A stretch of 62,007 bases of DNA, taken from positions 1-62,007 of IMG/VR virus record IMGVR_UViG_3300024979_000006. One strand, 5' to 3'. This DNA comes from a virus (taxonomy: Duplodnaviria; Caudoviricetes). This document shows, piece by piece, positions 1 to 9,036 of this stretch. Position 1 is the stretch's first letter, and every line of letters starts with the position of its first letter. The position numbers and the translations under genes are program-made. Below the pieces are notes generated by a model. The model was not told the DNA's origin, made no database searches, and saw nothing but the letters and a program-made list of their open reading frames with translations.

Positions 1-1271
1 AACGCTCCGTCTAGCATAATAATAATAACCTTAGCTGTACTTATTGTACCGGCGAAACTCAACGCTCCGTCGATTAATCGGTTGGTTTGTTTGATCGTAG
101 CACCGGCGAAACTCAACGCTCCGTCGATTAATCGGTTGGTTTGTTTGATCGTAGCACCGGCGAAACTCAATGCTCCGTCGAGCAATCGATTCGTTTGTTT
201 GATCGTAGCACCAGCGAAACTCAATGCTCCGTCGAGCAATCGATTCGTTTGTTTGATCGTAGCACCGGCGAAACTCAATGCTCCGTCGATTAATCGATTC
301 GTTTGTTTGATCGTAGCACCGGCGAAACTCAATGCTCCGTCGATTAATCGATTCGTTTGTTTGATCGTAGCACCGGCGAAACTCAACGCTCCGTCGATTA
401 ATCGGTTGGTTTGTTTGATCGTAGCACCGGCGAAACTCAACGCACCGGCGAGCAATCGGTTTGTTTGTTTGATCGTAGCACCGGCGAAACTCAACGCACC
501 GGTAATTGCCACTGATGTCGATGCTGATGATCGTACAAATACTTTTTTACTAGGCTGTTTGAATAAGCTATAGGGATCGCTTGTTAATTTTTGTGCGGCA
601 CTTTTGGATAACTGTGATTTCCACATTCCAAAGAGTCCGACATGAATATTATCTGATTTATATGAGAAACTAGAAGCAAAACCATATCCTAATCTAAACC
701 CTAAGGTTGCGTTATTTCGACTAGGGTTAGCTGAATTACTGGCGACTAGTATCCCATTTCGCCAAATCTCCATCCCCCTAGCCCCGCTAGTAAATAACCA
801 AGTACTAGCTTTCGTAACATCAGTGAGCGTATAGGATAATCTCGAAGTGCCTTCGGTAAACCCTCCAAAGTCCCAATACACTTTTCCATCGCTATCTGGC
901 AGATGTGCGCTACAGCGATCAGCAGCCGTGTTTGCAGTTGGATCGTTTAAACCAAACAATACACTAGCTCTAAGAGTAGTATCTATTTTTTTACAAACAA
1001 CTAGGATAGAAATATTCTGTGTTGGGAGTAAAGTAGATGCGTTTGACGTTAGCTCTATGTATGATGTAGACGCATTTGAAAAATACTGACTCTTGCCTAA
1101 CTCATATGCGGATTTAACAGTTCCAACCGGAGTATATTTTTTTGAATCTACGAAGTTTATAGATGCAAGGCCAGGTATATACACACATGCAGGTTTTTTA
1201 AACTCTTTACTGGTCTGAAGTTTCTGCCCAGGTTGCAGATTATTAATCAGACTTCCTGAGTTTCCTACCAT
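1..1271 (-). CDS. Tail fibre/receptor-binding-like protein, 5' part (LamG/ConA-like beta domain followed by 18-aa repeats); runs off the left edge
   Basis: Not in the ORF track; translated by hand from ATG 1271 (MVGNSGSLINNLQPGQK...GKVYWDFGG...GMEIWRNGILVAS...KLTSDPYSLF) into GALSFAGATIKQTNRLID repeats, with no stop before position 1. Confidence 0.8.
   Translation of the reverse strand, partial: MVGNSGSLINNLQPGQKLQTSKEFKKPACVYIPGLASINFVDSKKYTPVGTVKSAYELGKSQYFSNASTSYIELTSNASTLLPTQNISILVVCKKIDTTLRASVLFGLNDPTANTAADRCSAHLPDSDGKVYWDFGGFTEGTSRLSYTLTDVTKASTWLFTSGARGMEIWRNGILVASNSANPSRNNATLGFRLGYGFASSFSYKSDNIHVGLFGMWKSQLSKSAAQKLTSDPYSLFKQPSKKVFVRSSASTSVAITGALSFAGATIKQTNRLLAGALSFAGATIKQTNRLIDGALSFAGATIKQTNRLIDGALSFAGATIKQTNRLIDGALSFAGATIKQTNRLLDGALSFAGATIKQTNRLLDGALSFAGATIKQTNRLIDGALSFAGATIKQTNRLIDGALSFAGTISTAKVIIIMLDGA
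47..503. repeat. 54-bp tandem repeat, ~8 near-identical units
   Basis: Unit aacgctccgtcgattaatcggttggtttgtttgatcgtagcaccggcgaaactc at 61, 115, 169 ... 439; encodes the 18-aa GALSFAGATIKQTNRLID on the minus strand. Confidence 0.97.
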
Positions 1272-1275
1272 GCTA

Positions 1276-1722
1276 TTACGCCGCCTTCCGACTAAAAGGA
1301 GTTACTTTTAGAGTCCAGCCTGCGTTTATAGTTTGTCCAGTAGCATTATTCAAAATATAGTAGGAAGCCTCCCAAGGCACATCATAGGCAACTAATTCAG
1401 AATATTGTACAGTAGATGAACCTACGTTATTAACTAGGAACGATCCTATCCAGTAGGGTATAAATGTAGCTTCGGGTACATCTGTGTCGTTAGTAGAATC
1501 TATATTTAATGGTCTAGCTACTAGAGTAATTTCAGCGTTTTCTGTAGGCGGAGTAGTATACGCGAACGCTAATACAAACTTAGCATCAGGAAAACTCGCA
1601 CCATCAGCAACTATACCATAACTTGCATCATCGGCAGCAGTTATGGCATTATTGGCTGTAGATGCACCATTAGCTTCCAATGTTTTTGGTGTTCCGACAA
1701 CAATAATAGTTTCACCAGCCAT
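1276..1722 (-). CDS. Putative virion/tail-associated beta-rich protein
   Basis: 148 aa, tightly packed in the structural operon. Confidence 0.7.
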   Translation of the reverse strand: MAGETIIVVGTPKTLEANGASTANNAITAADDASYGIVADGASFPDAKFVLAFAYTTPPTENAEITLVARPLNIDSTNDTDVPEATFIPYWIGSFLVNNVGSSTVQYSELVAYDVPWEASYYILNNATGQTINAGWTLKVTPFSRKAA

Positions 1723-1723
1723 G

Positions 1724-2254
1724 TTAGTTTCTCAATATGTCTGAAATATCGTTAGTAGTTATACTACCTTCAAACGTAAGCAAACCTGGACTTACGGTAG
1801 TACCTGTGCCAGTTGCCAAAGTTTTTTCGGCGTTAGTTACATTTCGTTTAGATAGAGTAAGTATTGCTGTTTGAACAGCTACTTTAGCAGCAGTTCCAGA
1901 CCATACATCTACTATACCGGCTCTAATATTACTTTTTGATGGATTGAAAGAACCGAATTTAAGTATGAAGTCTGACCACTCATCACGCTTACCGGCTGTT
2001 AAGCCATCCACAAGTGTAAAATCAAACCCCGTATCAGCATATACATCTGTTGCAGTTACATTTGTTTTCCAAACAATAAATGTACTATTCGCATTAAACC
2101 AATCAGCAATGCAAACATCATTTCCTCCAGTAATACAACTAGATATAGAAGGTTCCGCTAATGCAGCAGTTTTAAGTGATGTTTTTTGTTCAGTAGTAAA
2201 AGCTGATACTGAACAACTAACAGTAAATAGTAAAATCAATAATAATTTATTCAT
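1724..2254 (-). CDS. Hypothetical protein of the tail-fibre region with N-terminal signal-like segment
   Basis: 176 aa; starts MNKLLLILLFTVSCSVSA; in operon context. Confidence 0.7.
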   Translation of the reverse strand: MNKLLLILLFTVSCSVSAFTTEQKTSLKTAALAEPSISSCITGGNDVCIADWFNANSTFIVWKTNVTATDVYADTGFDFTLVDGLTAGKRDEWSDFILKFGSFNPSKSNIRAGIVDVWSGTAAKVAVQTAILTLSKRNVTNAEKTLATGTGTTVSPGLLTFEGSITTNDISDILRN

Positions 2255-2258
2255 GGTT

Positions 2259-2798
2259 TTATCTCTCTATAATAATTTGATATTTGTGTTTTACGTAACT
2301 AAAAATTTTATACTTCCATGTATCTATTGTACCGGCGAAACTCAACGCTCCATCGAGCAATCGGTTCGTTTGTTTAATCGTAGCACCGGCAAAACTCAAC
2401 GCTCCATCTAGCAATCGGTTGGTTTGTTTGATCGTAGCACCGGCAAAACTCAATGCTCCATCAATTAATCGATTCGTTTGTTTAATGGTTGAGCCGGCAA
2501 AACTTAACGAACCTGATAATGAAACAAAAATTGCCCTAATACCATCAAATGAACCAACAAAACTTAACGCCCCGTCGAGCAATCGGTTGGTTTGTTTTAT
2601 CGTTACACCAGCAAAACCCAACGCTCCATTGAGTAATCTGTTCGTTTGTTTGATTGTAGCACCGGCAAAACTTAATGCTCCGTTGAGCAATCGATTCGTT
2701 TGTTTGATCGTAGCACCGGCGAAACTTAACGCACCGGCTATATAAACATTACGACTACCATCAAAAGCACCTAATGTTCCAGAGCCTAATGTGTTCAT
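2259..2798 (-). CDS. 18-aa repeat tail-fibre-like protein (short paralog)
   Basis: 179 aa, mostly GALSFAGATIKQTNRLLD repeats; C-terminus YKIFSYVKHKYQIII resembles that of 61713-62007. Confidence 0.8.
   Translation of the reverse strand: MNTLGSGTLGAFDGSRNVYIAGALSFAGATIKQTNRLLNGALSFAGATIKQTNRLLNGALGFAGVTIKQTNRLLDGALSFVGSFDGIRAIFVSLSGSLSFAGSTIKQTNRLIDGALSFAGATIKQTNRLLDGALSFAGATIKQTNRLLDGALSFAGTIDTWKYKIFSYVKHKYQIIIER
2330..2740. repeat. Second array of the 54-bp repeat (~7 units, one degenerate)
   Basis: Same unit as 47-503 at nucleotide level. Confidence 0.93.
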
Positions 2799-3565
2799 TG
2801 CCTAATTTCAGTAATATGGATAAAACACTTACTTTTTCCATTGAATAACACTGATCCAGTCCCACTACCATTCGCATAAAAAATACCAGCATCACAACCG
2901 ATTCGTAATTTATAAGTTCTTGCTGATGTGTTACCTGATATTTCTTCATGCTCCAATTTAGGTGGTGGCGCTGAATACGTTGATGCGCGAGAATATGTAA
3001 CACTTAAAGCGTCTGCTGTAGAATCAACAAATAATGCAGCCACCGCAACATAGGAAGCTGAATTACCTATCCCGCTACTTCCACACTCTATGCGTATTAT
3101 GCTATCTGCGAATTTTGGCGTATATGCTAATGTTATAACCTCCGTTCCTTCTGTATTTTGTGGAGTCGTGTTATCTATTGGCACTAATGTTGAGCATGTT
3201 ACTAATGTTGATATGGATGTGTATGCAGTACCTACGATAATACCAGTCGTATCAGCACTTCCAGAAATTCCTACAATAGCCGCTGAAGTAAGCGAAATTG
3301 CTGACGGGGTCGTATTGTCAAATGTTCCTGCATCAATCGTGCGTATTGGCATAGTACGCGCAAGTGTCCAAGGCGTACCTGTTGTTAATGTGCCGTAACC
3401 TTCTTCACGATTATTCCCATCCTCAATCGCGTAATAAACTTTATCGCCGGTTGCAAAGTTATCTTGAAATCGACAATAGCCAGCAACCGCTCCACCAAGA
3501 GTAATAGTGCCGGTTCCCGGCGTACCGCTAACTGTTTCTTTAACCCAATCTGCTAATTTTGGCAT
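2795..3565 (-). CDS. Tail fibre/adaptor-like virion protein
   Basis: N-terminus LADWVKET..GTGTITLGGAVAGY..F..GDKVYYAIEDG..EEGYGT is a common podophage fibre N-terminal module. Confidence 0.7.
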   Translation of the reverse strand: MPKLADWVKETVSGTPGTGTITLGGAVAGYCRFQDNFATGDKVYYAIEDGNNREEGYGTLTTGTPWTLARTMPIRTIDAGTFDNTTPSAISLTSAAIVGISGSADTTGIIVGTAYTSISTLVTCSTLVPIDNTTPQNTEGTEVITLAYTPKFADSIIRIECGSSGIGNSASYVAVAALFVDSTADALSVTYSRASTYSAPPPKLEHEEISGNTSARTYKLRIGCDAGIFYANGSGTGSVLFNGKSKCFIHITEIRQ

Positions 3566-3660
3566 TTTCGCACCAGATCATTAAACATATCTTTAATAAT
3601 ATCGCGTAAGGATTCGCCAAATTGGTAATAGATGTAATATTTCAGCAGATACTCATTCAT
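3553..3660 (-). CDS. Small hypothetical protein (35 aa)
   Basis: MNEYLLKYYIYYQFGESLRDIIKDMFNDLVRKCQN; ATGA-coupled to the upstream frame and overlaps the next start. Confidence 0.45.
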   Translation of the reverse strand: MNEYLLKYYIYYQFGESLRDIIKDMFNDLVRKCQN

Positions 3661-3821
3661 AAATTTATACACTCGATACCAAAATAAATAAATTCACCAC
3701 GATCTGTAGTGTACACGCTTTGTTTGCATCGTAACGGATGCTTGACGGTCGTTATCGTATCAACGCATCCAGACAACAACAAGATTAATGCGAGCGCATA
3801 GCCGCATAATTTCGTATTAAT
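3657..3821 (-). CDS. Small lipoprotein-like frame lacking a canonical start
   Basis: Reads ...KLCGYALALILLLSGC-VDTITTVKHP...ECINL*; lipobox LSGC; stop overlaps the next ATG. Confidence 0.4.
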   Translation of the reverse strand: MNTKLCGYALALILLLSGCVDTITTVKHPLRCKQSVYTTDRGEFIYFGIECINL

Positions 3822-4042
3822 GTTTCACCACCAGCATCAATGCGAATGATTTTACCGTCAGTAACTTCGATCAGCATGGTTTTAGGTATTGGATCAGGCT
3901 TTTTACATTCAACGGTTTGCATCGGTTGTATATCCGGCACATTTATCGGTGTGTACGCGCAACCGCTACAAATTATTATCGTCGTCAAGAATATCTTGTA
4001 CACTTTTTTTAACCTGATTCGGTATTTCATATTTGACATCAC
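3785..4042 (-). CDS. Lipoprotein, possibly o-spanin-like
   Basis: KKVYKIFLTTIIICSGC lipobox followed by a Pro-rich segment; overlaps the holin-like gene; exact start uncertain. Confidence 0.55.
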   Translation of the reverse strand: MMSNMKYRIRLKKVYKIFLTTIIICSGCAYTPINVPDIQPMQTVECKKPDPIPKTMLIEVTDGKIIRIDAGGETLIRNYAAMRSH

Positions 4043-4289
4043 GATTCAACGTCGAGTCGAACATATAACCAGCCGTGTATGCTGCCACAATAGCCATTCC
4101 GGTCCCTGGCATGGATGCTGCAATGCTGATGCTGGACGCTAATATAGCCAATAGCGATTGCATCGAACTTACCCAATCGCCCATCATGTATTCTTTAAAA
4201 CTGCTTGTCGTCCTGGATTGTTTATATCGCGTCAGCCAATGCCCAAATAAACCCAGGAATCCAAACAGTATAGTTAAACCGTAAATCAT
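3966..4289 (-). CDS. Holin-like membrane protein
   Basis: 107 aa with 2-3 hydrophobic segments and a charged C-terminus. Confidence 0.55.
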   Translation of the reverse strand: MIYGLTILFGFLGLFGHWLTRYKQSRTTSSFKEYMMGDWVSSMQSLLAILASSISIAASMPGTGMAIVAAYTAGYMFDSTLNRDVKYEIPNQVKKSVQDILDDDNNL

Positions 4290-4951
4290 ATAAATGTACT
4301 CCTGGTGCGATGCGGTCGTGATTGATACTTATCTGCGTGATGTTCGGCCAGTGGTCGTGTGCCGAATATCTTTTCAAACTCAATCAGATTTTCAGCAGCT
4401 TTTGTGGGATTCGTAACATCTTCATCAGGTGACTGGTACATTCGATGCAGTACCCAATAATTTAACGCTCTGTGCAGATTCTCGCGGATCTCAGGTGATG
4501 ATTTATCGCCGGTCATCTTCTTACCCAAGCGATAAACTTCCAGTTTTAGCGTATATGCTGCGTCCGGTTCAGGTGTCACCTCAACAGTGTTACCATCGTG
4601 AATTAAATACGCAGGTGTATCTGGATCATAATCACGCCATCCTGGGCGTTCATAATCAAGTTCGGTTGTGGTCGTCAGTCTAAGTTTAGTGCGAATACTT
4701 GACTCGTCAAGTACGCTTGCGTAGACAATTCCATGAATACGTGGGCTAATTGCGTAAACACTTGTGCCGGCGATTATATCAATCGTGCAGATTGAACTGG
4801 ATTTATCTTTGATTAAATCGGCGCGAATACACGCCTCATCTTGAGCTTCGTTCAAATAATCAAGATAGGCTTCTGGCGACAGTGCGTGTAACTGCGGCAT
4901 GTCATCGGTAAACCGGGTTCTATAATTAGCTTCCAGCTCCGACACGTACAT
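4286..4951 (-). CDS. Head-tail adaptor / tail tubular protein
   Basis: YLNEAQDEACIRA...PEPDAAYTLKLEVYRL...LHRALNYW pattern; position after the capsid genes. Confidence 0.75.
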   Translation of the reverse strand: MYVSELEANYRTRFTDDMPQLHALSPEAYLDYLNEAQDEACIRADLIKDKSSSICTIDIIAGTSVYAISPRIHGIVYASVLDESSIRTKLRLTTTTELDYERPGWRDYDPDTPAYLIHDGNTVEVTPEPDAAYTLKLEVYRLGKKMTGDKSSPEIRENLHRALNYWVLHRMYQSPDEDVTNPTKAAENLIEFEKIFGTRPLAEHHADKYQSRPHRTRSTFI

Positions 4952-5316
4952 TAGACAGTTCCGAATTGATCAACCAGCGCGATAACTTCAGTTCTTAATG
5001 TTTGAATCGACTTCCGTTTGTCTAATTTCTGTCCGTAATCATTCGCGGCAATTGCGTTCAACGCCTCGTATGAGTCGAGATTATTAATTGAATCTCTTAA
5101 ATCTTGGGTTTCGTCTGCTTCGTTTTTCAACGGTACTGGTTCAAAAATACCGGCTGTTAAAATATCACCTTCGGCAAACACATCAGGATGTTTCAGCATC
5201 TTCGCATAAACATCATCAGGCACCAGGCGCGATTCACCTTTCAAAAAAATCATTCGTGTACCGTACAGATTATCAATATGGGATTCTCTGTGACCTATGT
5301 ATTTTATTGGTTTCAT
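4951..5316 (-). CDS. Hypothetical head-associated protein
   Basis: 121 aa; conserved-looking IKYIG...DNLYGT...KMLKHPDVF; in operon. Confidence 0.7.
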   Translation of the reverse strand: MKPIKYIGHRESHIDNLYGTRMIFLKGESRLVPDDVYAKMLKHPDVFAEGDILTAGIFEPVPLKNEADETQDLRDSINNLDSYEALNAIAANDYGQKLDKRKSIQTLRTEVIALVDQFGTV

Positions 5317-5343
5317 TAATCACCTATTCAAAAATAAAGCATA

Positions 5344-5366
5344 GTCCCATGTTAAAAACATGGGAC
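5344..5366 (-). terminator. Hairpin after the capsid/decoration genes (probable intrinsic terminator)
   Basis: gtcccatgtt-aaa-aacatgggac perfect stem; T-rich sequence downstream on the minus strand. Confidence 0.55.
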
Positions 5367-5398
5367 CACACTATACACCCCCAACCACGGAAGTTCTT

Positions 5399-5878
5399 TT
5401 ACGCTGGTGAACCTTTCCAAACACCGTCAACGATAATATCCAGAATACCAGCCGACGCATGTGCAGCGCCACCGATAGTCAAGATTAAATATGCGTCTTT
5501 TGGTAGTTTGACTGGAGCAGTAACAGCGGTTTTACGACTTATGCCGGTTGAATCAGTAGCCAATGCAGAAGCGAAATACGTCGCGCTTTGCGGTACGGTT
5601 GTACTATCAACACCATCAACATAAGCAAACCCGATGCTCGCGGTTGTACTCGCCGTAAATGCGTCGGAAATAATCGCAACAATATCATGCAACTCTAACC
5701 CGGCGGGCAATATCCCAATTCGGACAACATCGGCACTTTGTACCGCAGTTGCTAAATCCGAATCAAAAACACCCGCTGAACTGGTTGTGAAATTGTAAAC
5801 CTGCTTCCAACCGTTACCATAAGGTGCGGTAATGCCAGTAGCGGATTGTTTAATTTTTTTCTTTGTAACAGTAGTCAT
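5399..5878 (-). CDS. Capsid decoration/cement protein
   Basis: 159-aa beta-rich protein directly after the major capsid gene. Confidence 0.65.
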   Translation of the reverse strand: MTTVTKKKIKQSATGITAPYGNGWKQVYNFTTSSAGVFDSDLATAVQSADVVRIGILPAGLELHDIVAIISDAFTASTTASIGFAYVDGVDSTTVPQSATYFASALATDSTGISRKTAVTAPVKLPKDAYLILTIGGAAHASAGILDIIVDGVWKGSPA

Positions 5879-5881
5879 TTC

Positions 5882-7177
5882 TTATACTCCTGCGATACGA
5901 ACGGCGGTGTCGATTGCAATGACGCCATTATCAGTGTATTGCTCACCATCTGCACCAAAATCAACTTTAAATCTGATTTTAGACAAACCGTTGATCATGC
6001 CGATCAAAACTTCCAAACGGTTTCCGTGATCCAGTTCTTTTTCAGACCAGAAGAAAGGATTACCGGTTTTTGGATTTTTGCCCAACGCTGACGCCAATGC
6101 TTGACCGCCCAACAATAACGCACGATCCACCGCATAGGTTGTACCAAATGCAGCCGGTACTAAATCAGTAGTCGTTTCGGTCGTACTGGTCGTAGACGCG
6201 CACCAATGCAAAGAATTACCAGCGTAGAAACGAATCGGTTTTGGTTGTTTGATGATAAGAATACCATTCCAAAGCCCAGCCTCGCCCAAAAATAATGGGT
6301 TCGGTTTGCTGCCTTGTGACGATCTGGCGATAGCTTGTGATTGCAACTGCCTGAAATTAGTACCGGGCGATTGTACAAACGCGGTGTACTGTTCGCTTGA
6401 TAACATCAAAACACGTAACGGCGCATCATACGCCATCACATCACCGTCAAAAATAACGGGTGACGGAGGCAACGGTACAGAATCAACAATCGTTCTGATT
6501 GCATCAACAACGTCGGTATTCATAACGTCAGTCGTAGCAATGGAAATTTCATTACCAGATGCAGCGATTCGTTCAACACCTGAACCAGTACTCATGTAAT
6601 GACGGTTACGAGTTGGCGCACGAACCGTATTAACCATGATGTCAGCAAAATCAGCATCAGAGGCTAATGGCACCTTCCATTCAATATTATCGTGGAAACC
6701 ACGCGCGCCTGCCAAATGTACCAGTTGCGCTTGATCAACAAACGCATCCATATATTTTTGACCTAGTGTTTTGCACAGTGAACGCATTTGCCAACGGGTA
6801 CGTTGTTGCGTCATCACGCCACCAGCATCGATAGCTTTACGGGTTTGATTGATTCGTAGTTTGTCTTGCGAGAAACTTGGCGCTTCACCTAATCCTTCCG
6901 CATTCGCATCGCCCATAATAGGCTTGCCGTTTACATCGTTGATTAAATCAAACGTAACTTCGTCGCCTGGGCCTTTTTGTAGATCCTTACAAACGACAAT
7001 CGGGTAATTTGTTGAGCTTTGAACACGCATGGTATTCTCGGCATCAGCTTGTGTTGGCATCGGGCCGGTTAAACGATTCAGAGTTGTATTGCGCTGAGTA
7101 TTACTCGCAAACAAGCCCATTGAAATCAGCTTTACAGCCTGATCACTCCCATACGGGAGATTCATAGGGTTTGACAT
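5882..7177 (-). CDS. Major capsid protein (N4-gp56/DUF4043-like)
   Basis: DLQKGPGDEVTFDL...PIMGD..AEG, NPLFLGEAGLWNGILI, WSEKELDHGNRLE motifs; strong RBS AGAGGA. Confidence 0.9.
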   Translation of the reverse strand: MSNPMNLPYGSDQAVKLISMGLFASNTQRNTTLNRLTGPMPTQADAENTMRVQSSTNYPIVVCKDLQKGPGDEVTFDLINDVNGKPIMGDANAEGLGEAPSFSQDKLRINQTRKAIDAGGVMTQQRTRWQMRSLCKTLGQKYMDAFVDQAQLVHLAGARGFHDNIEWKVPLASDADFADIMVNTVRAPTRNRHYMSTGSGVERIAASGNEISIATTDVMNTDVVDAIRTIVDSVPLPPSPVIFDGDVMAYDAPLRVLMLSSEQYTAFVQSPGTNFRQLQSQAIARSSQGSKPNPLFLGEAGLWNGILIIKQPKPIRFYAGNSLHWCASTTSTTETTTDLVPAAFGTTYAVDRALLLGGQALASALGKNPKTGNPFFWSEKELDHGNRLEVLIGMINGLSKIRFKVDFGADGEQYTDNGVIAIDTAVRIAGV

Positions 7178-7190
7178 AATTTATCCTCTA

Positions 7191-7224
7191 CGGGTTAATA
7201 TCGTCATCACGACGAGTTGACCCG
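7191..7224 (-). promoter_or_regulatory. RNA hairpin (CGUC-GUGAU-GACG core) abutting the capsid RBS
   Basis: tcgtc-atcac-gacga at 7201-7215, with outer arms cgggttaa/ttgacccg; sister copy at 56636-56650. Confidence 0.55.
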
Positions 7225-7291
7225 GTTGTTACACCGGATCTCAATTCTTCATTTTTGCCTCACGGCATAGGTTCCACAGGGAACCACATTT

Positions 7292-8242
7292 TTACGCCAT
7301 CCGTGCGAATAATGCGTTACGTTGTGCCTCGTTCATGGTCAACATTGCCGTTTCCAGCTCTGTTGTGCTCATATTTAACATTCGCTCAACAACATCGCTT
7401 TCGGCGGTTACTGCGCCCGGTACATCTTGAAACGATACCGGCGTAGTTTGCCGAACACCTGCGGCCAGTTTTTCTTTTACCTGATCCAGCTTGCTAGGAC
7501 CAGACGCTATAACCGGCGCCGGTGTATTCGATTGTTTGAATTGTGCTAACACCTCATTAACTTCGTGAGGATTCGCATTGTCCAACGCACTTTGTAAATC
7601 AATTACAACATTGGGATTTTTTGTATCAATGAGCTTGGGATGATTCAACGCCCAATCGTTGAAAACATCACTATTTAAAACGTCGATTATATCAGGGTGC
7701 GCCGTAAACATGAGCGCTTTAGCCTCGGCCTCGGCCTGATGTTGATACGATTGTTCCAGTGGAATAACCTTATCGTTTATTTCTTTTAGCCCCGCTTGAA
7801 TACCGTCAGCAATCATCTTTTGGATTAACGGTTTCATATCTTCCGCAATATCAGGGAACATAAATTCATGTTCCTCGATTACTGCATCTTGCGCGGCAGT
7901 TCCCCCGGTTAAATCATCCGTTGCTTTCGCTTCTTGTAGCTGTCTGATCAATTCAGCTTGTTGTTCAGCTTGCGTTCTGTACTGCGCGGCTTCGGCTCTT
8001 GCTTCCTCAAGCGCACTGTACGGTATCGTATGCTGCCCACTTTTTCCAAGTATAACGGGTTCTTCATCTACAACAGCATCACTAGCATCGGGTGATTCGC
8101 TAGATTCATTTACACCCTGTAGGTCATCCGGCAATATGCCACCGTTTAAAACGGTGTCACGTTGTTCGTCTGACAATGCGTCGTATTCTATCGGGTTCTC
8201 AAAATAATAATTTGCGTCTCTTTCACTCATTGTTTTATCCAA
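7292..8242 (-). CDS. Scaffolding protein
   Basis: Acidic coiled coil, KSGQHTIPYSALEEAR motif, upstream of the capsid gene; start may be ATG 8230. Confidence 0.8.
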   Translation of the reverse strand: MDKTMSERDANYYFENPIEYDALSDEQRDTVLNGGILPDDLQGVNESSESPDASDAVVDEEPVILGKSGQHTIPYSALEEARAEAAQYRTQAEQQAELIRQLQEAKATDDLTGGTAAQDAVIEEHEFMFPDIAEDMKPLIQKMIADGIQAGLKEINDKVIPLEQSYQHQAEAEAKALMFTAHPDIIDVLNSDVFNDWALNHPKLIDTKNPNVVIDLQSALDNANPHEVNEVLAQFKQSNTPAPVIASGPSKLDQVKEKLAAGVRQTTPVSFQDVPGAVTAESDVVERMLNMSTTELETAMLTMNEAQRNALFARMA

Positions 8243-8326
8243 TTGTACGATTTCCGTAGAGGATTGCGTAACCCTGTAACACCGGGTAGGCGGTTAGGAT
8301 AGATTAATTATATACCACAATTTAAC

Positions 8327-9022
8327 TTAGTAGTCACCTAATTGTGTCCAAGTAACAGTAATTGTACCAGACCAAGCAATCGTAGCATCAGCATCCAGAT
8401 CACCATCGGTAACAACGGCCGCGTTCAAGAACAAATCTTTAGCCGTACCTGTACCATCGAATTGAGCTGATGATGCCAATGCAGATGTTACCGCTGTACC
8501 GGCAACGTTTATGGTCGTACTGGACGCCCAGGCGGTACTTGGTAACAAGTCTGCCATAGTCGAATCCAGTGTAGTGCTTGACGCTGTGGCTGTACCCAAC
8601 GATACCGCACCGGTTTTATTGCCATTCAACGTACCAAGAATTGCGCTGGTGGTTTTTTCCGCGAGTGACGCAGTTACGCCCTGAACTAATATGCGCCCTG
8701 CCGGGAAATCAAACAACTTGGTTCCGACATATTGACCGGTATTAGGTAGCGTTTGCGCAACATCAACCAAGGTAAATACGGTTTGATGATTAAAACCATC
8801 GACGCACGTATCAACTGCGGTTAATCCTGAGATAGCCACCAAACCGGAAGCAGACGCGCCGTTTTGCTGAACTACAGTAAATACATCAGTGTGATCCTGA
8901 TAATACTGAATCAACTGGTCGTCAACTTGATCAGTCATCCCGGCTGTCCAATTGTCGTGTTTTGGTTTTTCTCCGACACGCTTTGGATACGTGGCGGTTT
9001 TAGATGCTCTTACTGTGTACAT
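8327..9022 (-). CDS. Virion structural protein (paralog of 59885-60529)
   Basis: Thr/Ala-rich beta protein; shares KLF.FP.G, KTTSAI, TINVAG, DGT.TAK.L.LN and GD.D.DAT motifs with the paralog. Confidence 0.7.
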   Translation of the reverse strand: MYTVRASKTATYPKRVGEKPKHDNWTAGMTDQVDDQLIQYYQDHTDVFTVVQQNGASASGLVAISGLTAVDTCVDGFNHQTVFTLVDVAQTLPNTGQYVGTKLFDFPAGRILVQGVTASLAEKTTSAILGTLNGNKTGAVSLGTATASSTTLDSTMADLLPSTAWASSTTINVAGTAVTSALASSAQFDGTGTAKDLFLNAAVVTDGDLDADATIAWSGTITVTWTQLGDY

Positions 9023-9036
9023 TGTCGTGCTCCTGG

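Noticed and set aside
47-503. CRISPR array
   Set aside because: Units are contiguous 54-bp coding repeats with no unique spacers, and there is no cas operon.
82-573. Plus-strand ORF of CLIVAPAKLNAPS repeats (also 2419-2745)
   Set aside because: Antisense shadow of the minus-strand repeat gene; all neighbouring genes are on the minus strand.
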